The notes: generated by a model from the sequence alone, not told the origin. A stretch of 32,000 nucleotides of DNA from Okeania sp. (GCF_035285525.1 NZ_JAYKGW010000135.1:11714-43713), one strand, 5' to 3'. Shown: positions 19,508-27,991, counted from the first letter of the stretch. Translations and numbers: made by a program.

Positions 19508-19605
19508 GTTAGCGGAGCCTAACGCATTGAAATAGTTGGGATAGGCTGTGTATTACATTTTGTTAGCATTCCCTAATAGAGCAATTTTCTGTATCTTGAC
19601 ATTGA

Positions 19606-19667
19606 ATAAAAAATCATGCTTATGTACGGAAAGAAACCACGATACAAACCATAACATGATTTTTTTG
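19606..19667. terminator. A-run / hairpin / T-run structure (candidate bidirectional intrinsic terminator)
   Basis: AAAAAATCATGcTTATG-(25 nt)-CATAACATGATTTTTTT. A second, weaker hairpin plus T-run (CAAGGGGaaaaTCCTCTTG..TTTTTTT) lies at 19674-19705. Confidence 0.4.
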
Positions 19668-19769
19668 CCGATGCAAGGGGAAAATCCTCTTGTCGCCGTT
19701 TTTTTAAGATATTCACAGAATACAAGCTCAAATTCAGAAATTCAGAGCCTAATTCAGAAATGCTAAACG

Positions 19770-19912
19770 TTCAATTTTATTAATTTGCCAATTGTTTGAA
19801 GTTGTATCCCAAACTAAATCAAACCTAAGCTTTTGATTGATTTATCGACCAGATTTTGTAATGTAGCGTAATCTGCTGTCTACTGTAGAATTAAATCTCT
19901 CTTCTGATACTA
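19770..19912. repeat. Decayed tandem copy (offset 153 bp) of the 3' end of the adjacent secreted-protein gene
   Basis: The stretch 19866-19912 (taatctgctgtctactgtagaattaaatctctcttctgatactaat) matches 20019-20065 with 1 mismatch. Similarity continues leftward with progressive divergence, back to about 19770 versus 19923. Confidence 0.6.
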
Positions 19913-20470
19913 ATAATATTCTACTTGAGCAATTAGCCAACGATTGGAATCTCTGTCCCAAGCTAAATAAAAGCGAAGCTTTTCATTGGATTTGTATCCT
20001 GATCTTATCATGTACCTTAATCTGCTGTCTACTGTAGAATTAAATCTATCTTCTGATACTAATTTGGTGCTTAATACTTCTATGCTTTTAACTTGAGTCC
20101 ACCAATCTATGTAGGACTGATAACCTGTTGATTGCATTTCAGAAGATCAATAATTCCAGGCACTTTGATAGTTATAATTGTTTAGAGTTTGATAGTAATT
20201 TCTTAAAGCTTGTTCTGATGATGAAGACTGTTTTTGAGTTTCTCGTCTGGGAAGTGTTTCTGCTGGTGATTGTCTGTAGGTATTTTGTTTGGTAACTGTC
20301 TCTCGTTGCGACTGTCTGTAGGTATTTTGTCTTCGTTGCGGACATTGATTGAATAATGCACAGTCAGCAACTTTTTCAACAAGATATCCTGCCATTACTT
20401 GGCATGAAGAAAGTGTGGAACCCAAGATATATAAACTGAAGAATAGGGTTACTTTGGCAGTTGTCTTCAT
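19910..20470 (-). pseudogene. Secreted/lipoprotein-like protein with a conserved cyanobacterial C-terminal domain, interrupted by an in-frame TGA
   Basis: The ATG at 20470 (GAGGA 9 nt upstream) gives MKTTAKVTLFFSLYILGSTLSSC (signal/lipobox-like) and an internal repeat QNTYRQS x2. The sequence reads ...ALRNYYQTLNNYNYQSAWNY-TGA(20149-20147)-SSEMQSTGYQSYIDWWTQVKSIEV...WLIAQVEYY. Track ORFs 20147..20491 and 19910..20137 are in the same frame. Confidence 0.6.
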
Positions 20471-20530
20471 AATTAATCTTTTTCCTCTCAATCTTATCTT
20501 ATCATCGGCTGAAACACCTAGTATTAAGTT

Positions 20531-20654
20531 ATAAGAATCCTAAATGATTTGTGAAAAAAACTCTAGGGGTTTGTTCTCCAAACTAAATGGAAAAAGGGAT
20601 GTAGAAACCAAACCTAGTTAGATAAAATATTACAACTTATTTCAGATTGCTATA
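20531..20654. mobile_element. MITE family C, copy C2 (degenerate)
   Basis: Terminal repeats ATAAGAATCCTAAATGATTTGTG and TTACAACTTATTTCAGATTGCTATA. The interior CTAGGGGTTTGTTCTCCAAAC...GTAGAAACCAAACCTAG aligns with 26868-26993. Confidence 0.55.
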
Positions 20655-20694
20655 ATTTTCTAGAAACCCGGTTTCTCGCTCAACTTCATACAAC

Positions 20695-21197
20695 ATGAAA
20701 ACCGACCATATATTTTATCGAATTTTCCAAGATTTACCCGAAACTTTCTTTGAGTTGTGGGGATAACTACCAGAAAACTTCAGCGATTATCGTTTTGATT
20801 CAGTAGAATTAAAACAGACTTCCTTTCAAATAGATGGGGTATTTTTACCTCAAGATACTGACCAACCAATTTATTTTACGGAGGTACAATTTCAAAAACT
20901 GTAGGTTGGGTTGAGGTAAGGAAACCCAACAAATTATTTCCTTTATTCCAGACTATTATATTGGAAGAGTTACCACAAATGAGTCGTTAAGAGTTAGAAA
21001 GTATGTTTGGTATTGATGATTTAAAGAAAATTCATTTTGCTGAATAATTAATGACAGAATCAAAAACTGAAGGAGAAATTATAGGAAAATTAAAGGTGAT
21101 TCCTGGCTGATTAAGAAAAGAATTTGCTGTTGCAGAAATTTTCGAGTTGAAAATTGAGCAAGTACGGCAAGTTATTGGTAAATTAAATTAACTGAAA
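20695..21197 (+). pseudogene. Rpn-family recombination-promoting nuclease / putative transposase (DUF4351-type), heavily eroded
   Basis: N-terminal fragment MKTDHIFYRIFQDLPETFFELWG*LPENFSDYRFDSVELKQTSFQIDGVFLPQDTDQPIYFTEVQFQK, with an in-frame TAA at 20764. The central part is missing. The C-terminal fragment IILEELPQMSR*ELESMFGIDDLKKIHFAE*LMTESKTEGEIIGKLKVIPG*LRKEFAVAEIFELKIEQVRQVIGKLN has three in-frame stops. Confidence 0.65.
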
Positions 21198-21335
21198 CTG
21201 TAGGTTGGGTTGAGGTAAGGAAACCCAACAAATTATTTCCTTTATTCCAGACTATTATATTGGAAGAGTTACCACAAATGATTCGTTAAGAGTTAGAAAG
21301 TATGTTTGGTATTGATGATTTAAAGAAAATTCGTT
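20899..21335. repeat. Tandem duplication, 299-bp unit, about 1.45 copies
   Basis: The 135 bp at 20899-21033 and at 21198-21332 differ at one base (atgaGtcg vs atgaTtcg). Each copy begins with the hairpin CTGTAGGTTGGGTTGAGGTAAGGAAACCCAAC. Confidence 0.85.
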
Positions 21336-21357
21336 TTTCTCAAAACCTAAATATTCA

Positions 21358-23190
21358 TCAAGTTCCTAACATTTGTAAATTATATAAACTAGCATAAAGA
21401 CCATTTTTTTCTAATAATTGTTGATGAGTACCTGACTCAATTAACTCTCCTTTTTTCAACACAAATATTCGATTAACATTTCTAATTGTCGAAAGTCGAT
21501 GAGCAATAATAATGGCAGTTCTTTCTACTAAAAGTTGTTCTAATGCTGATTGAATTAAAGCTTCTGTTACCACATCTAAATTAGCAGTTGCTTCGTCAAG
21601 TACCAAAATTCTAGGGTTACGAATAGCTGCACGAGCAAATGCTAATAATTGTTTTTGACCTCCAGAAAGATTAGCTCCTCGTTCTCTCAATTGAGTATTA
21701 TATCCTTGGGGTAATTCAGAAATAAATTTATCTATATTTGTGCTTTTTGCTGATGCTTGAATTTCTTCAAATGAGTAATTTTCTCCCAAGGCAATATTAC
21801 TTTTTACATCTCCAGCAAATAGAAATCCATCTTGGAAAATAACTCCAATATGTTTTCTTAATTCGGCTTGAGGTAAATCTTTAATATTAATTCCATCAAC
21901 CAAAATTTTACCTTTATTCACATCATATAAACGACAAAGTAAGCGAATAATAGAACTTTTTCCAGCTCCAGTTGGTCCGACTAAAGCAACTTTTTCTCCT
22001 GGTTTAATAATGAAGTTGAGATTTTTCAGAACATATTCATTTGGTTTATAACCAAACCACACATTTTCAAACCTAATTTCGCCTATTTGGGAGTTATTAA
22101 TTTGCAGATTTGGTAACTTTTTAATTTCTCCTTCTGGGTCAATAATTTCTACCTTTTCATTGAGAAGATTACTAATACGTTCAACGGCAGTTAATCCAGC
22201 TTGAATAGCTGTAAATTTTTCGGCAAATTGCCTTAAGGGATCGAATAAACGTTGAGCATATAAAATGAAAGAAGATAGAGTACCAAAGTCTAGATTTCCT
22301 GCTAAAACAAATCGCCCTCCTAAGAATAAAACGGCAGCGATCGCTATTAAAGAAATCCATTCTAAAATACCAGAAATTGCTGAGTCATAAAAAATGGTTT
22401 TATCTACGGCTTTAACATAGTCTAAATTATTGGCTCTAAATAATTCTGAATTAAATTTTTCTCGGCGAAATAATTGCACTACTCCTATACCAGATAAGTT
22501 TTCTTGGAGTTGAGCATTTAAACTGGAAAGTTCATCTCTAGCTTTATAATTAGCTTTTCGATATTGTTGTTGGAAATAGATAATAATTATGGTGACTGGT
22601 ATCATCATTAATATTAACATTAAAGCTAATTTCCATTGCAGACTAAACATAGTTATAGCAATTATTAAAATTGAAAATAAATCGCTGACTATTCCAATAG
22701 CACCAGTGGAAAATACATCTCCTAAAGCTTCAACATCGCTGGTAAGACGAGTAATTAATTTTCCCACTGGAGTACTGTCAAAAAATCTAACTCCCAAGGA
22801 AAGAACATGTTTAAATAAATCGTTTCTAATATCATTAGTAATTTGTTGCCCAAGTTTTTGAACTAAAAAGCCTTGGATAGATTGAAATATGAGTCTGATA
22901 ATAATAGTTAAGGTTAATACAATTGCTAAAATATTTAATCCTTGAGATAATGACATTTGTTGGAGAAATAACCATGTTTCTTCTCCTAAAATTCGAGAAA
23001 TTGCTTGTCCGATAAATAGCGGTTGAACTGCTCCGGAAATTGAGAGTGGAAATAATAATATTAGTGAGGTAGCTACTAATATTTTGTGACGGAAACCGTA
23101 GTTTAGTAAGCGTTGAATTAGTTGCCAGTCTGTTTCACTATTATTATTTTGGTATTTCCTACTATTGTTTTTTGGTGAGATACTACTCAT
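21358..23190 (-). CDS. ABC exporter, fused permease/ATPase (MsbA/MdlB-type)
   Basis: 610 aa with six N-terminal TM helices, Walker A GPTGAGKSS, signature LSGGQKQ, Walker B ILVLDEATANLD, and H-loop IIAHRLSTI. Confidence 0.9.
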   Translation of the reverse strand: MSSISPKNNSRKYQNNNSETDWQLIQRLLNYGFRHKILVATSLILLFPLSISGAVQPLFIGQAISRILGEETWLFLQQMSLSQGLNILAIVLTLTIIIRLIFQSIQGFLVQKLGQQITNDIRNDLFKHVLSLGVRFFDSTPVGKLITRLTSDVEALGDVFSTGAIGIVSDLFSILIIAITMFSLQWKLALMLILMMIPVTIIIIYFQQQYRKANYKARDELSSLNAQLQENLSGIGVVQLFRREKFNSELFRANNLDYVKAVDKTIFYDSAISGILEWISLIAIAAVLFLGGRFVLAGNLDFGTLSSFILYAQRLFDPLRQFAEKFTAIQAGLTAVERISNLLNEKVEIIDPEGEIKKLPNLQINNSQIGEIRFENVWFGYKPNEYVLKNLNFIIKPGEKVALVGPTGAGKSSIIRLLCRLYDVNKGKILVDGINIKDLPQAELRKHIGVIFQDGFLFAGDVKSNIALGENYSFEEIQASAKSTNIDKFISELPQGYNTQLRERGANLSGGQKQLLAFARAAIRNPRILVLDEATANLDVVTEALIQSALEQLLVERTAIIIAHRLSTIRNVNRIFVLKKGELIESGTHQQLLEKNGLYASLYNLQMLGT

Positions 23191-23429
23191 GAAGTTTTAT
23201 TTTTTCAGTTAAGCTGTGAATGGTTTGATGTTTTACAAGGTACCATATCAACTATTTTTTGACAATTAATAGTCTTTTTTGAGGCTATAATTATGACTAG
23301 AAAATCAGGTCTCAAGTCTCCCCTTTCAAGGGGATGCAAAAAAATCAACCTAAGCATTCAGCTATTAGCAATATAAACCTCATTTTTAAGGAAGGTATTT
23401 ACAGGAATATAGACTTGAAAACGGGCTTT

Positions 23430-23563
23430 TATAGTAAAATTAATTCTGATTTATCGGGAACCGTATAATAAAGCTTTTATCAAAAACTAAAAGCACTCTT
23501 CTGATGGCTGTTTAGGCAGCATTTTTTGCGGAATGCTGACAGGTGAATGCTTACAAATAAACT
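23430..23563. repeat. Dispersed repeat family B, copy B2 (mosaic with a family A subterminal motif in inverse orientation)
   Basis: TTATCGGGAACCGTATAATAAAGCTTTTATCAAAAACTAAAAGCA...GCTGACAGGTGAATGCTTAC. Confidence 0.4.
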
Positions 23564-23635
23564 TCAGTATTTTAAACCTTTTACTTCAGTAGAAGGTACT
23601 GATAACTGATAAATGATAACTGACTAGACCGTACT

Positions 23636-23863
23636 TTGGAAATTGAGCTTGGTTATTTATTAAATCCTAAATATTGGTATCAAGAATTATTAACAGAAGC
23701 GACAAAAGTCAGTTTGAGATATGGATTTGAAGAGTTGAAACTCAAGGAAATTGTAGGGATAACTAAACCTGAAAATATTGCTTATCAACGAGTAATGGAA
23801 AAATTGGGAATGAAATACGAAAAAGATGTTTATTATTATCAAACTAATGTGTTATATTATTAA
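23636..23863 (+). pseudogene. C-terminal remnant of a GNAT-family N-acetyltransferase (RimJ/RimL-like)
   Basis: 75 aa from a TTG start: EIELGYLLNPKYWYQELLTEATKVSLRYGFEELKLKEIVGITKPENIAYQRVMEKLGMKYE. This matches only the C-terminal half of GNAT proteins (canonical ..YWGQG.ATEA....YGFE.L.L..I......N..S.RVMEK.GM). The upstream sequence is (CTGATAA)n repeat DNA, not an N-terminal half. Confidence 0.6.
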
Positions 23864-23974
23864 ATATCAAGAAAAGAATATCAGTCTGATAGTTCGTAAG
23901 CACTTAGCTATTAGCTATCAGCGTTCAGCAATAATGTCTTAACCCTAAGTAAGGAGAGTAGAGGAGAAGTAAAC

Positions 23975-24068
23975 ATAAGATTTAATCTAGCTCAATTAAT
24001 CAATAAAGCTTTTATCTAAAACTTAAGGCAATAGCTAATAGCTGATAGCTGACTGCTAAATGTTTACG
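23975..24068. repeat. Dispersed repeat family B, copy B3
   Basis: AGATTTAATCTAGCTCAATTAATCAATAAAGCTTTTATC...GGCAATAGCTAATAGCTGATAGCTGACTGCTAAATGTTTAC. Confidence 0.45.
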
Positions 24069-24340
24069 ATATTTATTTAAATATTCTACAGAAATAAAGC
24101 CAATAAATGTTGAGAAAATTATGAGTAATATTATTTGTAGTCGCGGGTTTATTTTATCTGATGAATTGATAAATTTAAAAAACTAATCCGCTCCGAGCTA
24201 TAATTTTGTACGTTGAATTTTGGGGTTGGTTTGTCTCATCAAATAATGTTATTAATTTGAAGAATAACCTACCCCTACTATTGCAAAATTTTAGATGTAT
24301 TGGTTTACTACCTACCACCTAATGTTCTACACGAAAAGTA

Positions 24341-24481
24341 TTAAAGATCGCCACCCCGAGCTGCTAGTAACACAATTACTATCGGGCCAGAAATTACAAC
24401 CATGGCCAGCATTGTTAACTGGGCAATAGTTTCAAAGTTAATATTGCTGAAAAAATTGAAAAAATCAGTTAAAAAACCCAT
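24341..24481 (-). CDS. psb30: Photosystem II reaction-centre protein Psb30 (Ycf12)
   Basis: 46-aa ORF below the track's length cut-off: [46 protein letters not shown]. It has the same length as, and near-colinear identity with, my recollection of Thermosynechococcus Ycf12 (MGIFNGIIEFLSNINFEVIAQLTMIAMIGIAGPMIIFLLAVRRGNL). ATG at 24481-24479, TAA at 24343-24341, and GAGGAAAA upstream. Confidence 0.85.
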   Translation of the reverse strand: MGFLTDFFNFFSNINFETIAQLTMLAMVVISGPIVIVLLAARGGDL

Positions 24482-24724
24482 ATTTTCCTCTTATAGATTA
24501 ATAAAATAGATACTGAACTGAAAACCGTTTTTTATTGTATCAAGCGATCGCCTATCTAATTTAATAAATTTTACAAAAATCAATATTTTAGTTTACAGGA
24601 CTTACGCTAAGAAACCCGGTTTCTGGGTTCCCATAGCTTGAGTCTTAGTTTATTATCATCAAGAGTTTGTTATTGCTAATTTTGAAAAATAAGTTTTTAA
24701 ATTTTAAATTTTAATTAAAAAAGT

Positions 24725-25072
24725 ATGGTTACTTGGCGTTGTGTAAAAAATTGTGGTGCTTGTTGTTACTTAGAACCGACGGAGCGCCCAGAATTGGAGG
24801 AATATTTATCTCCAGAAGAAATCAAGCATTATATCAGTTTAATAGGAGTAGATGGATGGTGTATTAATTATAACCATTTAAGTCGAGAATGTCGTATTTA
24901 TTCTGATAGACCAAGGTTTTGTCGAGTTGAAGCAGATACTTTTAAAGAAATGTATGGTATAGAACCAGAAGAATTAAATGAATTTGCTATTGACTGTTGT
25001 CGGCAACATATTGGAGATATGTATGGGGAGAAGAGTTTAGAAATGCTTCGGTTTAATCAAGCAGTGGAATAA
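24725..25072 (+). CDS. YkgJ-family cysteine-cluster protein (UPF0153, putative Zn/Fe-binding)
   Basis: 115 aa with N-terminal CVKNCGACC and the later motifs CINY....CRIYSDRPRFCR, typical of the family. Confidence 0.8.
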   Translation: MVTWRCVKNCGACCYLEPTERPELEEYLSPEEIKHYISLIGVDGWCINYNHLSRECRIYSDRPRFCRVEADTFKEMYGIEPEELNEFAIDCCRQHIGDMYGEKSLEMLRFNQAVE

Positions 25073-25302
25073 TTAATAATTAGTTATTTGACATTCAAAG
25101 TGTTATCTGAAACAATAAATCAGATTGAAAAAAACTATAGTGTTTCCCTGGTTAATAAGGTACATATATTTTGTTTTTATGTTCTATTTCCTGTTTCTTT
25201 TCCCGGTTCCTTAAAACCTTAAGCATTTCCTGGGGAGGAACTGCGTTAACAGTATAAAATCCTAGTATTAAGGGGGGAGTTTTAATGAATATAGACTTTG
25301 GA

Positions 25303-25410
25303 GCTAATTTTTGTAGTAAGATTTTTCTAGCTCAATTAATAAAGTTTTTATTGCCGACTCAAAGAAATAGCTGAAGGCTAATAGCTGACAGCTAAATGCT
25401 TAATGCTTAC
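25303..25410. repeat. Dispersed repeat family B, copy B4
   Basis: TTTTTGTAGTAAGATTTTTCTAGCTCAATTAATAAAG...GACTCAAAGAAATAGCTGAAGGCTAATAGCTGACAGCTAAATGCTTAATGCTTAC. Confidence 0.45.
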
Positions 25411-25491
25411 TTAACCTATAATTTTGTGTCGCACAAGTATGGGCATTGCTATAGATATATTCAGTAATTTAGTAATTTATTATAGTTGTAA

Positions 25492-25959
25492 ATGAATTTT
25501 TTCCAGAACAATGAAAATATAGGTCAAACCGAAATAAATTTAGAACAAAAAAAAGTTTCTGAGAGCTTACCTTCAGGAGTTAGTTCACAAAAAGGAGAAA
25601 TTTTACCTCCTATTAATTATCAATCAGAACCAGAAAAAGCAAAAGGAAAAAAAACAGGAGCTTGGGCAGTATTTACTTCAACTTTTGTGACAATACTTTT
25701 AGCAGAAATTGGTGATAAAACTCAAATTACTACATTATTAATGGCTGCCGAATCTCAATCTCCTTGGATAGTATTTGCCGGTGCAGGTAGTGCATTAGTA
25801 ATTACAAGTTTATTGGGAGTATTGTTAGGGCAATGGTTAGCTAGTCATCTTTCTCCAAAAACTATAGAAAGGTCAGCAGGAATTATTTTATTACTAATAT
25901 CTTTTACTTTAATTGTAGAAGTTTTTTATGAAAGTTTTCCTCAATTATTTGGCAATTAG
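25492..25959 (+). CDS. UPF0016 (GDT1/TMEM165/Mnx-type) cation transporter, single-repeat half-protein with an N-terminal hydrophilic extension
   Basis: 155 aa with the signature E-x-G-D-(K/R)-(T/S) as LAEIGDKTQ, followed by 3 TM helices. The first ~55 aa are hydrophilic. Confidence 0.8.
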   Translation: MNFFQNNENIGQTEINLEQKKVSESLPSGVSSQKGEILPPINYQSEPEKAKGKKTGAWAVFTSTFVTILLAEIGDKTQITTLLMAAESQSPWIVFAGAGSALVITSLLGVLLGQWLASHLSPKTIERSAGIILLLISFTLIVEVFYESFPQLFGN

Positions 25960-26450
25960 CTATTAGCTCATACTCCAAAATTATATGCATTTATGTTGCG
26001 CTATGCTTTATGTCAGCGACAGGAGGAAACAGATTTTTAATCAATGAAGTAATTATATGTTTGACTTCTACTAAATTTTCAATCAAAGAGTTGTATTTAA
26101 TGAAAAATTTGCTTTTTCTTTCTTAATTGGAGAGTACAAAGTTATTCTCAAAGTTATTCTCAAAAACGATTTGATTTGAAGAGGGAAAAAATTATTTGCC
26201 AAAGCTTACAGCACCTACAATGATGAATAGATAATTTATGACTTTTAGATTGCTGAAAGACTTAGCTAGTAATAGTTATTGCCACAATTTTCACTGCATA
26301 ATAACATTTATAAAAAGTAATTTTATGCTTAAAAGTTTATAAAAATAACTAGAAAAATCACAGAGGTTACTTAACAATAAAATGACATTAATAGATAGTA
26401 TTTAGAAATAGAAAATCCAAGTCTAGCAAAGTTTTGAATAATTGGTATAA

Positions 26451-26549
26451 CTTCTTACTTCTTACTTGCTTTTTAACTTCTTACTTCCTATTTCTCCCTT
26501 CCTACTTCTTCCTTTTTCCTTTTTCCTTTTTCCTCCTTACTTGTTACTT
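26451..26549. repeat. Polypyrimidine heptamer-repeat tract ((CTTCTTA)n, (CTTTTTC)n; STRR-like)
   Basis: Read directly: cttcttacttcttacttgc...cctacttcttcctttttcctttttcctttttcctcc. The track ORF 26434..26622 is this tract. Confidence 0.7.
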
Positions 26550-26560
26550 ATTAATTAACT

Positions 26561-26860
26561 ATGGATTGGCAACTTTTAGGTTTAAGTTTTATCGCAGTTT
26601 TCCTATCAGAATTAGGAGATAAAAGTCAATTAGCAGCGATCGCTTTGGGTGGTTCTTCCAAATTTCCCCAAGCGGTATTTTTCGGTACTGCATCTGCTCT
26701 ATTATTAACGAGTTTTTTAGGAGTTTTAGTAGGTCAAGGAATAGCAGAAATTTTACCAACAAATATAGTAAAAATTACTGCTGCGATTGGATTTGCTATT
26801 ATGGGTATTCGTCTTTTATTGTCTGGTGAAGAGGAACCTGAAGATTCGGAAAATAGTTAA
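26561..26860 (+). CDS. UPF0016 (GDT1/TMEM165/Mnx-type) cation transporter, second single-repeat half-protein
   Basis: 99 aa: MDWQLLGLSFIAVFLSELGDKSQLAAIALGG..., with 3 TM helices and an acidic tail. Confidence 0.85.
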   Translation: MDWQLLGLSFIAVFLSELGDKSQLAAIALGGSSKFPQAVFFGTASALLLTSFLGVLVGQGIAEILPTNIVKITAAIGFAIMGIRLLLSGEEEPEDSENS

Positions 26861-26867
26861 ATTTCAA

Positions 26868-26993
26868 TATAGCAATGCCTAGATAATTTGTAAAAAAAAA
26901 TTGTAGGGGTTTGGTTTCCAAACCCAAAAAAAAAGGGGATTTGGAGACCAAACCCCTACTATAAAATCTTACAACCTATTTAGGATTACTGTA
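26868..26993. mobile_element. MITE family C, copy C3 (full length, two GGGGTTTGG..CCAAACCC hairpin arms)
   Basis: Terminal repeats TATAGCAATGCCTAGATAATTTGTAA and TTACAACCTATTTAGGATTACTGTA. The interior is TGTAGGGGTTTGGTTTCCAAACCC-A9-GGGGATTTGGAGACCAAACCCCTAC. It begins 8 bp after the preceding stop codon. Confidence 0.65.
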
Positions 26994-27351
26994 CATTATT
27001 TGCTTATGATGAATTTTCTTCAGATTTATCTATTTCTGAAATATTGTTTTTTCCCTTTAATGTAATAAATTTATGTTTGAAGATTATAAGTTTTAACTGT
27101 TAGTAATTTAGGTTCATAATTTACTTTAACAGTTAAAATTAATCCTTTCTTATCGAATATTATTAAATATTTGCAGCGACGTTCCCTAATCGAAAAACAA
27201 GAAAATAATTTTACCCTTTTACCTTTGCTGAAGCAGTATGTTTTCTCCAATAAATATCCTAGGGGTTTGGTTTCCAAATCCAGATGAGTAGATATTAAAA
27301 AATAGATATAATTAACTAATTAAGAAAAATCCAGATAGAGGTAAAATAATT

Positions 27352-27915
27352 ATGTTAACCGCTGTTAATTCATCTAAACAAATTACTCTGGAAGAGTTTC
27401 TAGAACTGCCAGAAACAAAGCCAGAAAACGAATATATTAATAATCAAATTTATCAAAAACCAATCCCACAAGGAGAACATAGCACAATTCAAGCTTATCT
27501 AGTATCAACTATTAATCAAATTGGTAGACCAAAACAATCAGTAATGGCATTCCCAGAATTAAGATGTACTTTTAACGGACGTTCCATAGTTCCAGATATT
27601 TCAGTTTTTGCATGGCAACGTATTCCAAGAAAACCTAATGGTAGAATCGAAAATTAATTTGAAATAGCACCAGACTGGGTAATAGAAATTCTCTCCCCAA
27701 ACCAAGGTGCTAATCAATTAATTAATAAGATTATTTTCTGTCTTAATAATGGTACTCAGTTAGGTTGGTTAATAGAGCCTGAAGATGAATCTGTAGTAAT
27801 TTTCCAACCTAATAAACAACCAGAAATTAGATATAATTCTGATAATTTACCAGTTCTCAATTTATTAACAGATTGGCAATTATCTATTGCAGATTTATTT
27901 GGTTGGTTATATTAG
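27352..27915 (+). pseudogene. Uma2-family (DUF820) PD-(D/E)XK endonuclease with one in-frame TAA
   Basis: MLTAVNSSKQITLEEFLELPETKPENEYINNQIYQKPIPQGEHSTIQ...IVPDISVFAWQRIP...GRIEN-TAA(27655-27657)-FEIAPDWVIEILSPNQGANQLINKIIFCLNNGTQLGWLIEPEDESVVIF...LSIADLFGWLY. Both halves are in the same frame, and the catalytic PD...EILSP core spans the stop. Confidence 0.75.
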
Positions 27916-27991
27916 GTTTATAAAAACTAGAGTTAGATTTATAAAAACCAAAGTAGGGACGTTCCATGAAACTTCCCTACAGTTGTAAATA

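Noticed and set aside
19770-20065. Diversity-generating retroelement (TR/VR pair) at the 3' end of the secreted-protein gene
   Set aside because: The layout, with a variable copy at the gene's 3' end and a second copy just downstream, resembles a DGR. However, by-eye alignment shows mismatches at all four bases plus an indel, with no restriction to adenines of the putative template. There is also no reverse transcriptase or accessory gene nearby. Ordinary tandem duplication with decay fits better.
20147-20149. Selenocysteine or stop-codon reassignment at the in-frame TGA (and the TAAs elsewhere)
   Set aside because: The intact genes in the window end with ordinary stop codons (TAA, TAG and TGA are all used), and no SECIS-like hairpin follows the TGA. 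The aligned motif (AW..LS) suggests a mutated Leu or Trp codon. Nonsense mutation is the simpler explanation.
25080-25491. Mn2+ (yybP-ykoY) riboswitch upstream of the UPF0016/GDT1 genes
   Set aside because: I looked for the conserved GGGGAGUAG and UUGACAUA/AGCAAGACC-type elements upstream of both half-genes. I found only dispersed repeat family B/C sequence, and the GGGAGTA strings in this genome are heptamer repeats. A covariance-model scan would be needed to exclude it formally.
26434-26622. 62-aa + strand ORF overlapping the start of GDT1-b
   Set aside because: It is a translation of the polypyrimidine heptamer tract (F/L/S/P-rich). The other frame gives the genuine UPF0016 protein from 26561.
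27071-27277. 68-aa - strand ORF
   Set aside because: Its start overlaps a family C hairpin fragment and its body contains a long AT-rich inverted repeat (TTTTAACTGTTA...TAACAGTTAAAA at about 27092-27145). It has no recognisable protein features.
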